Virus record (IMG/VR): IMGVR_UViG_3300028048_000055
Location: 32,001 to 96,000 of that record
Reading direction: 5' to 3' (one strand)
DNA: 64,000 nucleotides
Source: a virus
Taxonomy: Duplodnaviria > Caudoviricetes
In this document: positions 1-10,480 of the stretch, piece by piece
How the letters are laid out: each line of letters starts with the position of its first letter
Numbering within the stretch: position 1 is the first letter of the stretch
Position numbers and translations under genes: made by a program
The notes under the pieces: model-generated
The model's database searches: none
Seen by the model: only the letters and a program-made list of their open reading frames with translations
Told to the model about the DNA's origin: nothing

Positions 1-5
1 AAAGA

Positions 6-395
6 TTGAAAGGTAATGTAAAAGTAATGACTAAGGCTTTTGAAAATTATCTGGAAAATCAAATCATTGCATTATTGCTGCAGGAACCATCAAATGATGT
101 ATGTTTTTTAAATGACAATTTTTCAAGATTTATTGATGATTTTCGCATGAGACATTCAGATTGCATAATTACAAAAAATAGCATCTGTAAAATGTTAAAT
201 AAATGCCATGAATTAAATAATGGCATGAAATGTTGGTATAATACGCCTAAAATTAATGATAAATGGTATTGGCATTTGGATGCGACTGATATAGATAATA
301 TTAATAATATTAAACTTATGGTTGCATTCAGGGATGTTAAACGCGCTGAAACATTAATTGATGGTCATAATATGATCTATAACTTTCAAGGATAA
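6..395 (+). CDS. hypothetical protein
   Basis: ORF in a tightly packed + strand run; true start may be slightly downstream. Confidence 0.6.
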   Translation: MKGNVKVMTKAFENYLENQIIALLLQEPSNDVCFLNDNFSRFIDDFRMRHSDCIITKNSICKMLNKCHELNNGMKCWYNTPKINDKWYWHLDATDIDNINNIKLMVAFRDVKRAETLIDGHNMIYNFQG

Positions 396-404
396 ATTTG
401 AATT

Positions 405-698
405 ATGTGTAAACGTCATTATTATATTGCTGTAAAAAATAAGTTTAATGCATGGGCTACAATTTATTGTGGAACCAACCTTCCTAAAATGTCAAAAGCT
501 TTCTGTAAATTAGAAAAACAGATGGAAGGCTACGGATTTAAATTTAAGCTTGATATTGATGAAAATTATGATTCAGATTGCGGTGCATTTAAAACTTATG
601 AGCAGGTTTTTGGTGAACCTTCACAAGTAGGACCTACATTAGCATTTGATAATGTACTTTGTGATATTAGAAAAGAATTTGGCGAAGAGGCAGATTGA
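405..698 (+). CDS. hypothetical protein
   Basis: ORF in + strand run. Confidence 0.65.
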   Translation: MCKRHYYIAVKNKFNAWATIYCGTNLPKMSKAFCKLEKQMEGYGFKFKLDIDENYDSDCGAFKTYEQVFGEPSQVGPTLAFDNVLCDIRKEFGEEAD

Positions 699-755
699 TG
701 AAAGATTATATTGTTTTTATTGGTGTTACCGTTATTGTTATAGCTATAGCTATTA

Positions 756-1259
756 TTGGAATTTAATATGCAAAAACTTTATTGCTTTAGTCGAAAAGAC
801 TTTAATACTTATATGGATATATGCGACTGGGATGATAATACTCTTCCTGATAGTGTCACAGTTATCTCTATTTGTTGTACAGAACCGGTTATTAAGAATT
901 ATCATTCCGAACATTATCAAGGAAAACATGATATACATCGTTTTTCGTCCAGAAACAACGTTCTGAACCTCGATTTCGATGACATAGATGAAGAAGTAAG
1001 GGAATGTTCCGGCGGGTTTACAGCAACCAATATAACGAAAGAACAAGCAGATAAAGCTGTAGCTTTTATTGAAGCTCATAAGGATTCTGATTTTTTTATT
1101 CATTGTAATGCTGGAAAATCCAGAAGCCAGGCATTTGTCAAGTATATTAAGGAACAATATCCTTATATTGAATGGGACACGAATCCAAAAAATCCGTGTC
1201 TTTATCCGAATGTCTATGTTTCTAACATGTTAAAAAGATCAGCACGAGAAATCTTATAA
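756..1259 (+). CDS. protein-tyrosine/dual-specificity phosphatase-like protein
   Basis: HCNAGKSRS matches the HCx5R catalytic motif; upstream LDFDD acid loop. Confidence 0.8.
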   Translation: MEFNMQKLYCFSRKDFNTYMDICDWDDNTLPDSVTVISICCTEPVIKNYHSEHYQGKHDIHRFSSRNNVLNLDFDDIDEEVRECSGGFTATNITKEQADKAVAFIEAHKDSDFFIHCNAGKSRSQAFVKYIKEQYPYIEWDTNPKNPCLYPNVYVSNMLKRSAREIL

Positions 1260-1274
1260 TTAATGGAGTAAAAT

Positions 1275-1736
1275 ATGCTTAATGAGTATAAAGAATGCTT
1301 TATAACAATTGGTAAATGGATTGGTAAATTCCTTTATGGTATTTTAATCCTTTTGCCTGCACTTGTATGGATTATACATTGTGTGATAATGAATATACAA
1401 GAACCACCAGTATTAGATGCAATCTGTATGGTTGTACTGAATATTGTATGGGCACTTATTCCGGTATGGTTTACTTGGGGTAAGCAATTTGGTACAAAAA
1501 AAGAATATTGTAAAGAATATTTCTCGTCATTTAGCCTCTGCATTATAGCAGTTGTTTTAATGGTTGGCTGTTTGTTTTATATTGTTCTGCCGGCATCATT
1601 GTATGTTATTTACCTATGTATAAATGGACCTGAACCACCACTACATTGGTATGATGTATTTATTATACCGATAACATTACTGTGGTTTCCGTTTGGAAAA
1701 TGGTCAATAGACAAGTTTTGGGCGTTATTAGATTAA
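1275..1736 (+). CDS. hypothetical membrane protein
   Basis: GGAG SD; about 4 hydrophobic segments. Confidence 0.7.
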   Translation: MLNEYKECFITIGKWIGKFLYGILILLPALVWIIHCVIMNIQEPPVLDAICMVVLNIVWALIPVWFTWGKQFGTKKEYCKEYFSSFSLCIIAVVLMVGCLFYIVLPASLYVIYLCINGPEPPLHWYDVFIIPITLLWFPFGKWSIDKFWALLD

Positions 1737-1788
1737 AATAAAGTAAGAAGGGTTAACAAAACCCTTCTTTTTTACTATATTATTTAAT

Positions 1789-2079
1789 ATGAGTAAAATT
1801 TTAAAGATATTTGGTATATTTAATATAAACACGATATGGAAATCTATATTCTGGATTATCTGGGATATTACATTTGCTTTATATGATTTCATCAATGCAA
1901 AAACATGGACAGTTTATTTGTTTGGTGTTACAATGTGTGTATTTTTAGTATTTCATATTATAATGTATTTAGATCTTAGAAACAAGCAACGGGAAAAAAT
2001 AAATAAATTAGTATCTGATTTTATGAGATGGTTTCCGGAAAATTATAAGAATATTGTAGAATCTAAGACAAATGAATGA
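1789..2079 (+). CDS. hypothetical membrane protein
   Basis: ATG just after a TTAACA/TATATT promoter; hydrophobic segments. Confidence 0.65.
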   Translation: MSKILKIFGIFNINTIWKSIFWIIWDITFALYDFINAKTWTVYLFGVTMCVFLVFHIIMYLDLRNKQREKINKLVSDFMRWFPENYKNIVESKTNE

Positions 2080-2662
2080 GTTTGTTGTATCAAAAGCTGA
2101 ATTAAGGCGTCATACGTTAGATATGCTTGAAACTAAGTTCAAGCTGTTTGAACCGTTTGATGTAAAAGCTGAACCGATTTATTCATGCTGTTTTGACGAT
2201 GATGGTGTTATAGCAAATCAAAAATATAGAATCGGCCATAAAAATATCATGTTTAATAGGGTTATACCTGCTGGAATGAAATTATTTACACTTAGTAATC
2301 CAAATGTTCCAGCTTATGAATGTAAACCTGACCAAGCAATAATTATTGAAAAGTCATTTGTTGATAATTCTGATTTTTTCTATAAAGACGATTTGCTTTT
2401 TACATATAAACTTGTTAAAATGACAGATTTTTGTAGGATGTATAATGAACATGAAAGTTCTAACCCTTTATTGATTAGAGAATACAATGAGTTAAACAAG
2501 TTTACAGATTGGTATTTTAAAACTTATTCATATTTTCCAGATTATAAAGTTTTAAGAAGGGCATATCGTTCTTATTTTGAGAATAGAAAAACTGCATTAT
2601 TTAATTATGATGATTTTATGCAATATTATACTTACTATACAAATAATAGATATTTAGTTTAA
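2072..2662 (+). CDS. hypothetical protein
   Basis: ORF overlapping the upstream stop. Confidence 0.7.
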   Translation: MNEFVVSKAELRRHTLDMLETKFKLFEPFDVKAEPIYSCCFDDDGVIANQKYRIGHKNIMFNRVIPAGMKLFTLSNPNVPAYECKPDQAIIIEKSFVDNSDFFYKDDLLFTYKLVKMTDFCRMYNEHESSNPLLIREYNELNKFTDWYFKTYSYFPDYKVLRRAYRSYFENRKTALFNYDDFMQYYTYYTNNRYLV

Positions 2663-2672
2663 GGAGAAATTA

Positions 2673-3038
2673 ATGTTTTGGGCAGCAGGTTATATTGCAA
2701 TTAGTTGCGTAATTTGTATATTTGTATTTTTAGGCATTTTATGGATTATAACATCAATTAATTCTACCGGTAAAATTGCAGATATTATCGGAGATAGTAG
2801 TATTATACTTTGTATTGTATCATTTATTACATGTGTTGTATTTTTATGTATCTATGATACAGATAAGGCTAAGGTAGAAAGATATCTTCATCAGGTTGAA
2901 ATTCGTGATGCCCTAGTAAATGTATGTCCAATTGAAAATAAGTCCGCACGGTGCGAATATGAGTGGTTAAACTATAGAAATGACAGTCTTAGAGCTTATA
3001 AAGTATATTCTGATGTTATAAAGAGGATGGAGAAGTAA
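2673..3038 (+). CDS. hypothetical membrane protein
   Basis: AGGAG SD; two N-terminal TM segments. Confidence 0.7.
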   Translation: MFWAAGYIAISCVICIFVFLGILWIITSINSTGKIADIIGDSSIILCIVSFITCVVFLCIYDTDKAKVERYLHQVEIRDALVNVCPIENKSARCEYEWLNYRNDSLRAYKVYSDVIKRMEK

Positions 3039-3235
3039 TGATTGACGGAACTGCATATTTCAGCGAATTAAGAATGAAAGAATATAAGAAGTTTCCATAT
3101 AGGCATTTATTTGAAAATGCAAATCGTAACTGTGGAAAAACAACATATTGGTTATGTAAATTTTTATGCTATATGTTAACTGACCCTGATTTTAAAAGAA
3201 AATATGATTATAGGACAAAGTTAATGTATGATTGA
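3038..3235 (+). CDS. hypothetical protein
   Basis: TAATG translational coupling. Confidence 0.55.
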   Translation: MIDGTAYFSELRMKEYKKFPYRHLFENANRNCGKTTYWLCKFLCYMLTDPDFKRKYDYRTKLMYD

Positions 3236-3432
3236 GGGGAAAGGTGTTATTTTGGTTTTTAATCTGCTGCTGGGTCATAATGACTACAGCCATGGTAATA
3301 GGATTATATAAAATTATTAAATTAAAGATGGATATTGTTGAATTATCCACCATTGTCTTACCAATAAGCATATTGTATATTGCCGCAACAATATGTTTCT
3401 ATAAAATTATATTAGAATAAGGAGTTATCTAT

Positions 3433-4314
3433 ATGTGGCCGTTTACTAGACAGAAAGCAATCACTGACCCGAATATACTTGGAAGGGCAAATTTTATTAC
3501 TGATGTAAATAACATTAGTTTTCAACTTGATTTGTTAGACGGATCTGGTCCAATTGATTATAAGTTCTGTGAAATTTTTTATATTACGAAAGATGGTTGC
3601 ATTGCTATAAAGCCTGATGCTAATATTCTTACCGCAGATCCATTTAATTTTACCTACGCTAGTTTGTCTGGGCTTAAAACATATGGTTCAAATACGACAG
3701 TATTAAAACTTTATACTAAAGAATTTCGTTCACTTCATTCAGATTGTAATAAGCTTAGTCATATTTACGGGATTACTTTGAATCCATGGTCTTCAGACCG
3801 TGTTTATCATAATTGTTATGATGATAAAAAAGAATATAGTAAATCATTTGATGCCATTAAGGCTGCAGTTGATAATCAAGTAGATTGTATTCAAAAATAT
3901 GTAAATAAGTTTAAACAAGATTTTAATTGCATTAATACAGATTTAATTACACTAAACTTTAAGGGTTTTGGCTATAATTCTATTGTTATTTCAATTAAAC
4001 CGTGTAATGTAAATAAGTATATTGAATATTTAAAGGCTGTTGGTATAACAGAACATATTGACGGTTATCGTAATTATATTATTGAAGAACTTGCAAATAA
4101 ATCATTATATAGTCGTGAAAAAAATGAAGTAGCAAAAAGAAATATTCAATATGATAAACCTATTGCAGAAATTGATTCATATAATAGTTGGCATAAAATT
4201 TATTTAGCACAGCGTGAACGCATTCGTAAAAATAAAGAAAATGAAGCTATTATTAATGAAATTGACGCAAAACGAGATGAGATTATTAAAGAAAAAAATC
4301 TTAAAGTAGTTTAA
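3433..4314 (+). CDS. hypothetical protein
   Basis: 293-aa ORF with GGAG SD. Confidence 0.75.
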   Translation: MWPFTRQKAITDPNILGRANFITDVNNISFQLDLLDGSGPIDYKFCEIFYITKDGCIAIKPDANILTADPFNFTYASLSGLKTYGSNTTVLKLYTKEFRSLHSDCNKLSHIYGITLNPWSSDRVYHNCYDDKKEYSKSFDAIKAAVDNQVDCIQKYVNKFKQDFNCINTDLITLNFKGFGYNSIVISIKPCNVNKYIEYLKAVGITEHIDGYRNYIIEELANKSLYSREKNEVAKRNIQYDKPIAEIDSYNSWHKIYLAQRERIRKNKENEAIINEIDAKRDEIIKEKNLKVV

Positions 4315-4315
4315 T

Positions 4316-4597
4316 ATGGAAAATTGTACTTGTCCAACATGTAGATTCGTAAAAGGCGAGATTTCTAAAGAAGCATATGCTTGGTATCTTAAGGGTTCTA
4401 TTGAGGCTGCTCATAGAATTCTTAAGACTTATAATGAAAAAGATACTAACATGTCTCCGATTTCATGGAAATCTGCAGCACAATATGAACTCGATAATGA
4501 TATTGTAACATTACAGCAATTAATTGAATCAAACTTTGAAAATCCAGATCCTGCATTAGTGCATCCGGAAGAATATTTAGCAAAGATAGAAAAATGA
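4316..4597 (+). CDS. hypothetical protein
   Basis: coupled ORF. Confidence 0.65.
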   Translation: MENCTCPTCRFVKGEISKEAYAWYLKGSIEAAHRILKTYNEKDTNMSPISWKSAAQYELDNDIVTLQQLIESNFENPDPALVHPEEYLAKIEK

Positions 4598-5499
4598 AAT
4601 ATTTAGTATTATCAGACGTTCATGCTGATTTTAATTTTGAACAGTTTCAACGAAAATTGGGTTTTCCCGTATTAAAAGATGATTGGGAAGATGATGAAGC
4701 TGAAAAAGCATTTCAAGAATGGTATGACGTTTATAAAATTCCATCAGCTGATGGTATAATTATTGCTGGCGATATATCTAATGATTATCGTTCATTTAAG
4801 CAATTTATAAATTTTATTTCTAAGAAATATAAAGAAGTTATACTTACACTTGGAAATCATGATTTAGTTATTAAGGGTGGAACTTGTTCTAAGTCAAATC
4901 AGGAATTTATTAATTCTGAAGGTAAAATCAAGAAGATGATTGAATATTGTTCTAAATTTGACAATGTTCATTTTCTTGAAGGTAATACTTATAAGGATTT
5001 TGCTGGTTGTATGGGCATGTGTGATTTTGAAGCAGATGCAAATCCATTATATAAGCACAATTTACCATTAATGTGGCGTAACAACTGGTTTGACGGTTGT
5101 TATTGGAATTATTTTAATCAGCAACCTGCTGTAATCTGGGATCATTATGAAAAAATGATGATGGATTTGGTTAAAAAACAGCCTAAGGTAATGATTACTC
5201 ATTTCTGCCCTATTGAATTAGGCATTTCTTGGGAATATAGGAATAATGTAATGAATCCTATGTTCTATTTTGTCGGAAAGAAATTTCTTGATGAAATGGC
5301 TGATGGTTCTATCTGGATTTGCGGACATATCCACACAAATGCCACTACAGTTTATACAAATGCTAAAGGAAATAAGATAACTATTATGGCTCGTCCAAAT
5401 GGCTATCCTGGCGAATCACCCAAAGATGGTTATACATGGACAAGCGGAACTTATCTTTCTCAGCATTATACATGGGACGATTATTTTATCGAGGTCTAA
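4594..5499 (+). CDS. calcineurin-like metallophosphoesterase
   Basis: SDVH, AGD, GNHD, THF and GHIH motifs. Confidence 0.9.
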   Translation: MKYLVLSDVHADFNFEQFQRKLGFPVLKDDWEDDEAEKAFQEWYDVYKIPSADGIIIAGDISNDYRSFKQFINFISKKYKEVILTLGNHDLVIKGGTCSKSNQEFINSEGKIKKMIEYCSKFDNVHFLEGNTYKDFAGCMGMCDFEADANPLYKHNLPLMWRNNWFDGCYWNYFNQQPAVIWDHYEKMMMDLVKKQPKVMITHFCPIELGISWEYRNNVMNPMFYFVGKKFLDEMADGSIWICGHIHTNATTVYTNAKGNKITIMARPNGYPGESPKDGYTWTSGTYLSQHYTWDDYFIEV

Positions 5500-6090
5500 A
5501 TGAATAAGGAATGTTTAAATTTACTTGGAAAAATGAATGGCTATGATCAAATCTTGTTTTTACGATTTGTGAAAGTTCTTGGCCAAACTGATCCTGAACA
5601 ATATAATATGGGTCTTGTTTATGGTGGTTTATCAAGTTGTAAGCGTTGGAAAGCAACTAGCGATTCAAATAATGAACTTAATGAGACTATCTGGAACAAG
5701 ATTAAAGAAATTGCAACAGTAAGAGAATTTAAGGCTTCAGATAATCCTAATTATGATGTTTTATTTGCTCATATTTGTGCAGAATGTAATAATATAGCAC
5801 TTAGTTCTCATAGAACTGCTGGTAATGTTTTTGTTTATAATAATCAGTTTGCACCACATCTTGAAAAGTTAGCACCATATTATAATGGTGAAATGAAAGT
5901 TCTTAATGGTGTTATTCCTTGTTATCCTTCTCATATAGATGGAGATAAACCTGAAGCTATTATTGCTTATGTTGGATATGGCAAGGGTGATTTTGGTAAT
6001 GGCTATATTGAACATGAAGATAATAAGTATGAATTTTATTGGGATGTTCCTGGCAATAATAATTACTATAGGTTGATTAGACTTGCGTAA
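5500..6090 (+). CDS. hypothetical protein (weak resemblance to part of a T4 gp23-like capsid protein)
   Basis: CNNIALSSHRTAGNVFV recalls the gp23 IARxTxRGAGNF segment; unverified. Confidence 0.45.
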   Translation: MNKECLNLLGKMNGYDQILFLRFVKVLGQTDPEQYNMGLVYGGLSSCKRWKATSDSNNELNETIWNKIKEIATVREFKASDNPNYDVLFAHICAECNNIALSSHRTAGNVFVYNNQFAPHLEKLAPYYNGEMKVLNGVIPCYPSHIDGDKPEAIIAYVGYGKGDFGNGYIEHEDNKYEFYWDVPGNNNYYRLIRLA

Positions 6091-6139
6091 TTAATCTATT
6101 GCCTTTCATATATAATAAGTATAAACGAACACGACGTTT

Positions 6140-7156
6140 ATGCTTATTTTATTTTCGTGCATAGGAAACTATCATATGGAAGGCAAATTAATGACGTTCG
6201 AAGAATTCGAACGAATGAGTTATTCTTTTAAGAAACAATTATCAAAACAAAAATTACGCTATGAAGCAATCTTAAAAGAAAAAGAAGAAGCAATAAGAAA
6301 TCTATTACAGCAAGTTCAAGGGCCTGGAATAGAACATCGATTAGACGGTTCCATAGTCTATAATCCAAATTCAGTTACAGAAGTTAAATATGGCGATGTA
6401 TCAAATTTCATGAAAATGAAATATGATTTAGGTTTTTTCGCCAGATATATTCTTAAAGAAGTCTATGATTTAGAATTAAGACAATATCAAAAAGGTTGGC
6501 TTGATTTATTTGTCAATAATCATAATTGTGCTATAAATGCATTTAGACAGTCTGGTAAATCTTTAATTTCTGATATCTATGCTGTTTGGTATATAATTTT
6601 TAATTCTAGTAAAATTGTTGCGATGGGTGCAATAAAAAATGATCTTTGTAAAGAGCATAAAAAAGAGCTTACAAAGATTTTAGAATTCCTTGAAAGTAAA
6701 CGTTATATTTCAATTATTAGAAATAATAAAAATGTAATTGAACTAGAAAATGGTTCACAAATTAGATTTGTATCTGGCGAAAATTTAAATACAGCTAGAG
6801 GATTTGGAATAAATCTTTTTATATTTGATGATTATGCATTCTGGAAATGTGGTGAAGAAGTTTTAAAAACAATTTTTCCAACAATGAATAGTGCTAATCC
6901 AAAAGATCATCAAATGATTTTTATTTCTACACCATTTGGGCTAAATCATTTTCATAAAGTCTATACTAATCCAGAAGTTACAAGTATAACTACCACCATA
7001 GAGGGAAGTTTTGAATATTGGTATAATAAAGTACAGCAATTAATTACAAATATTGGTCTAATGGCTGTTAGACAAGAATATTATTGTGAATTTATTGGTC
7101 CTGCTGATAAAGGTATCAAAATACAGTTAGGAAATCATGATTTTTTCTATAAGTAA
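6140..7156 (+). CDS. terminase large subunit-like ATPase (N-terminal domain only, T4 gp17-like)
   Basis: LRQYQ adenine motif, RQSGKS Walker A, FIFDDYAF Walker B, ISTP coupling motif, QEYYCEF; no nuclease domain. Confidence 0.8.
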   Translation: MLILFSCIGNYHMEGKLMTFEEFERMSYSFKKQLSKQKLRYEAILKEKEEAIRNLLQQVQGPGIEHRLDGSIVYNPNSVTEVKYGDVSNFMKMKYDLGFFARYILKEVYDLELRQYQKGWLDLFVNNHNCAINAFRQSGKSLISDIYAVWYIIFNSSKIVAMGAIKNDLCKEHKKELTKILEFLESKRYISIIRNNKNVIELENGSQIRFVSGENLNTARGFGINLFIFDDYAFWKCGEEVLKTIFPTMNSANPKDHQMIFISTPFGLNHFHKVYTNPEVTSITTTIEGSFEYWYNKVQQLITNIGLMAVRQEYYCEFIGPADKGIKIQLGNHDFFYK

Positions 7157-7218
7157 AAAATTCAAATAAAATATAAATCATTAAATATGATTTATATTTT
7201 TCTATATTTTAATATGAG

Positions 7219-7461
7219 GTGATAATTATGACCCCGGAAGAAGAAATAATTCAGAAAGAAGTTAAAAAAATTATGGATAGAACACCAAAACCGACTATTA
7301 GATTGAACTGTTGTAGTTTACCATTACTTGTTGGTATTGTAGGCGCAGTATGCACAAGTTGGTATTTTAACCATTCTGCACTATGGGCTATTTTCCATGG
7401 TTTCTTGAACTGGTTTTATCTGGCATATAAAACAATCTGGTATTTTGTAACACATTTTTAA
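7219..7461 (+). CDS. small membrane protein
   Basis: SWYFNHSALWAIFHG hydrophobic motif. Confidence 0.6.
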   Translation: MIIMTPEEEIIQKEVKKIMDRTPKPTIRLNCCSLPLLVGIVGAVCTSWYFNHSALWAIFHGFLNWFYLAYKTIWYFVTHF

Positions 7462-7462
7462 T

Positions 7463-7663
7463 ATGAAAAAGAACAAATGGAATTCTGTAAATGAAATCTT
7501 ACCCGATAACAACAGGAATGTACTTGTTGTATCTTGTGGTAGAGTATGTATTGGCGATTATGATGGAGTCATTAATCATCAATGGTGGGTTAATGATACT
7601 GAAGGTTATCATAAAACCATGTCTGTCTCACATTGGATGGAATTGCCAGAATTGCCGAAATAA
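7463..7663 (+). CDS. DUF551-like protein
   Basis: WNSVNEILP...VSHWMELPELP signature. Confidence 0.75.
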   Translation: MKKNKWNSVNEILPDNNRNVLVVSCGRVCIGDYDGVINHQWWVNDTEGYHKTMSVSHWMELPELPK

Positions 7664-7678
7664 AAAGAGGAAACTAAA

Positions 7679-7870
7679 ATGGGTTTAATTGAAATTTGGA
7701 CAATCGTCGCTATTATTCTGCATTTTGCAGGTGTAGGTGATTTTGCTACATGGCCGGTAATTGCAAGTCCGTTCTCATGGTCTTGTCTTTGCCTTGAAAT
7801 GTGGGTCTTTATTCTATACATAGCATTTTTTGTGTTTATAATTCTTGGCACAATGTTTGGTAAGAAGTAA
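7679..7870 (+). CDS. small membrane protein
   Basis: GAGG SD; two TM segments. Confidence 0.6.
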   Translation: MGLIEIWTIVAIILHFAGVGDFATWPVIASPFSWSCLCLEMWVFILYIAFFVFIILGTMFGKK

Positions 7871-8108
7871 ACTGGACAAATGTATTTAATTAAAGTAACC
7901 GTTTACAGAACGGTTATTTTTTGTTATATTTGATAGGTAATTATGGGTAAAAAGAAAGAAAAAGAACAAGTCGCTCCAGATTACACAGTTTATATCGAAG
8001 TCTGGGACACTGATAGAAAACCTCATCGATATAAAATTGATAAAGACGGTGAATTTACTATTCGTGGCGGTTCTACAACTGAAACAACTACTCAACAAGG
8101 AGTTTAAT

Positions 8109-8774
8109 ATGTGTACAAAGCTTAATCTTGATGAAAAGGTAGCAAAGTATAATTCAGATAATATTTTCTTCGTAAGTGATTTACATTTTAACCATACAAA
8201 GCTCTGTAATGGTTATGAAGTTCATTTTGACAGAACTCGTAAGTATGCAACTATCGAGGAAATGAATGCAGATATTATTAAACAGTGGAATGATACTGTT
8301 GGCGAAAACGATATTGTAATTTTCCTTGGCGATATGTTCATGGGAACTCCAGGTAGTAAGTTGCTTGAAAATTACAGGCATTATGTTAGCCAGCTTAAGT
8401 TCAAGAGAATGTATTTCCTTCGTGGAAATCATGATTATGATATCTTTAAGAGATTGAATAAGTTTCCGACTTGGGAAGATGAAAGAGTTCTTCGTTTCCC
8501 TGTTGATTATATAACTGCTACTTATAAGGGTAAGAATTATTTTATCCAGCATTATGCAATCGATAAGGATCCGATGTTTGGAATTGTTGATAGTCTTAAT
8601 AAGTGTGTTAATGAAGGCATGAATTTCGATTACATTGTCCATGGTCATACTCATTCTGACGTTAAACTTTCTGAAATTAAGGATGTTGATAATTATAAGA
8701 TTCAGAATAATGTCTGTTGGGATGCTTGGTATCGTCCAGTGAATATTAACGAACTTGTAGCAACTAGGGATTAA
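8109..8774 (+). CDS. metallophosphoesterase
   Basis: SDLHFNH, LGD, GNHD and HGHTH motifs; start at ATG after AAGGAG. Confidence 0.9.
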   Translation: MCTKLNLDEKVAKYNSDNIFFVSDLHFNHTKLCNGYEVHFDRTRKYATIEEMNADIIKQWNDTVGENDIVIFLGDMFMGTPGSKLLENYRHYVSQLKFKRMYFLRGNHDYDIFKRLNKFPTWEDERVLRFPVDYITATYKGKNYFIQHYAIDKDPMFGIVDSLNKCVNEGMNFDYIVHGHTHSDVKLSEIKDVDNYKIQNNVCWDAWYRPVNINELVATRD

Positions 8775-8775
8775 T

Positions 8776-9279
8776 ATGTCAAGGACAAATGGATTATATG
8801 TTGGTTCATTTGACCCGCTTACTGTTGGTCATATGGATATTATCAAAAGAGCTGCAAAGCTATTTGATTCACTTTATGTTGGTATTGCCACCAATTCTAC
8901 AAAGAATTATTTATTTACTGAACCTGAACGTTATAAAATGGTTCAAGAAGCAATAAGATATCAAGGAATAGGCAATGTCTCAATTATTAGCATTCCTGAT
9001 CAAATGACGACAGATGTAATGATTAACTATAATATTCAGACATTGGTTAGAGGAGTTCGTAATTCTAAAGACATGGAAGATGAATATATATTGAATCAAT
9101 ATTATACGAATCTTAAGTATGATATGGAAGAAATTATATTGTTTAGTAGATTTCCAGCTGTTAGTTCTACATTTGTAAAAGAATGTATTAAATACGATAA
9201 ATTTGAACGACTCGGTGAAAAATCGCTATTTGTACCAGCTAATGTGTCAAGTATGATTTTAGATAGATTTAAGAGATAG
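8776..9279 (+). CDS. coaD: phosphopantetheine adenylyltransferase
   Basis: YVGSFDPLTVGHMDII, LVRGVR and VSSTFVKE motifs. Confidence 0.85.
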   Translation: MSRTNGLYVGSFDPLTVGHMDIIKRAAKLFDSLYVGIATNSTKNYLFTEPERYKMVQEAIRYQGIGNVSIISIPDQMTTDVMINYNIQTLVRGVRNSKDMEDEYILNQYYTNLKYDMEEIILFSRFPAVSSTFVKECIKYDKFERLGEKSLFVPANVSSMILDRFKR

Positions 9280-9283
9280 TAAT

Positions 9284-9913
9284 ATGGCAAGAAAGAAAAG
9301 CGAAAATTGTTCAGATGTAATTCAGATTCTAGGCGGTGCTAATCATGATACCGTCCGTGAAGAAGATGATTTTTATGCCACTCCGACAATAGCTGTTCAA
9401 AAACTTATCGATTCTTTTGGTTCTGTATTGAAAATCGGTAATGCAACAATATTTGATCCGTGTGTAGGTAAAGGTCATATCTTAAAGCCGTTCAGGGATC
9501 AAAAATACAATGTTGATGGAACAGATTTAATATCAAGAACTGATTTATGGGATTCACATATTGAATATCAAGGCGGTCAGGATTTTTTGAGCAGAATAGA
9601 ACCTCTTCATGGTTGTAATATCGTAACAAATCCGCCATATAAGATTTGTCTTGATTTCGCTAAGAAAGGCATAGAACTTATTGACGATAATCGTTATATG
9701 TGTATGCTTCTTAAGATTCAGTTCCTTGAAACTAAGGCAAGATATGAATTCTTTAAAGAATATCCACCCAAGTATGTCTATGTATTCGTAAATCGAATCG
9801 GTTGTATTCCTGGTGGAGAAACTGACATCAATAAACCGTCTGCTATTTGCTATGCATGGTATATTTGGCAAAAAGGATATAATGGCGATCCGATGATTAA
9901 ATGGATTGTATAG
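9284..9913 (+). CDS. N6A/N4C DNA methyltransferase
   Basis: DFYATP, DPCVGKG (motif I) and TNPPY (motif IV). Confidence 0.8.
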   Translation: MARKKSENCSDVIQILGGANHDTVREEDDFYATPTIAVQKLIDSFGSVLKIGNATIFDPCVGKGHILKPFRDQKYNVDGTDLISRTDLWDSHIEYQGGQDFLSRIEPLHGCNIVTNPPYKICLDFAKKGIELIDDNRYMCMLLKIQFLETKARYEFFKEYPPKYVYVFVNRIGCIPGGETDINKPSAICYAWYIWQKGYNGDPMIKWIV

Positions 9914-9921
9914 GAGATAAA

Positions 9922-10269
9922 ATGAATTTCAGTTATATTAATGATGATTTTGAATTAGAAGCATCTTTTACAAGTAATGATGCATTAAATGCATTTAATA
10001 AAAAGATTGTAGAATTTGCATATTATAATGATAAAACTCATACTGATTTCCGTGGTAAGCCATATATTAAGTTTGAATATAGTAAAGGTAATGAATTAGT
10101 TCTCTGCGGTAAAGATACTGATCAGCTAATTGAAATTCTTAATATGTTCAATGATGTTATGATTAATTCTAGTGAACTTAATAAGTATAATATTGAAACA
10201 TATAAAGAATATGTACGGAAAGCTGCAAAAGAAGAAAAAGAAAACGGAATAAAAATTATTTCATGGTAA
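9922..10269 (+). CDS. hypothetical protein
   Basis: AGGAG SD before ATG 9922. Confidence 0.65.
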   Translation: MNFSYINDDFELEASFTSNDALNAFNKKIVEFAYYNDKTHTDFRGKPYIKFEYSKGNELVLCGKDTDQLIEILNMFNDVMINSSELNKYNIETYKEYVRKAAKEEKENGIKIISW

Positions 10270-10272
10270 GGG

Positions 10273-10301
10273 TTTACAAAACAAGAAATAATTACTATAT
10301 T
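10273..10301 (+). promoter_or_regulatory. sigma70-like phage promoter
   Basis: TTTACA-N17-TATATT. Confidence 0.7.
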
Positions 10302-10307
10302 ATATGA

Positions 10308-10438
10308 TGTTGATTGTGAATGTCTGATAGACGATCAATAAAATGAAGTAAGAACAGTTGTTAGTGGTTAACCTGCAAATTACCGGTAGGTCTGGTCTTA
10401 CATGAGGGTGACGAATCGGTATTCCTTCAAGACATTCT
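10308..10438 (+). ncRNA. unidentified structured RNA
   Basis: ORF-free segment after a promoter; GAATGTCT/AGACATTC closing stem. Confidence 0.35.
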
Positions 10439-10451
10439 TTAAAAATAGGGG

Positions 10452-10480
10452 TTTACAAAACAAGAAAAAATTTCTATATT
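10452..10480 (+). promoter_or_regulatory. promoter of tRNA block 1
   Basis: TTTACA-N17-TATATT. Confidence 0.75.
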
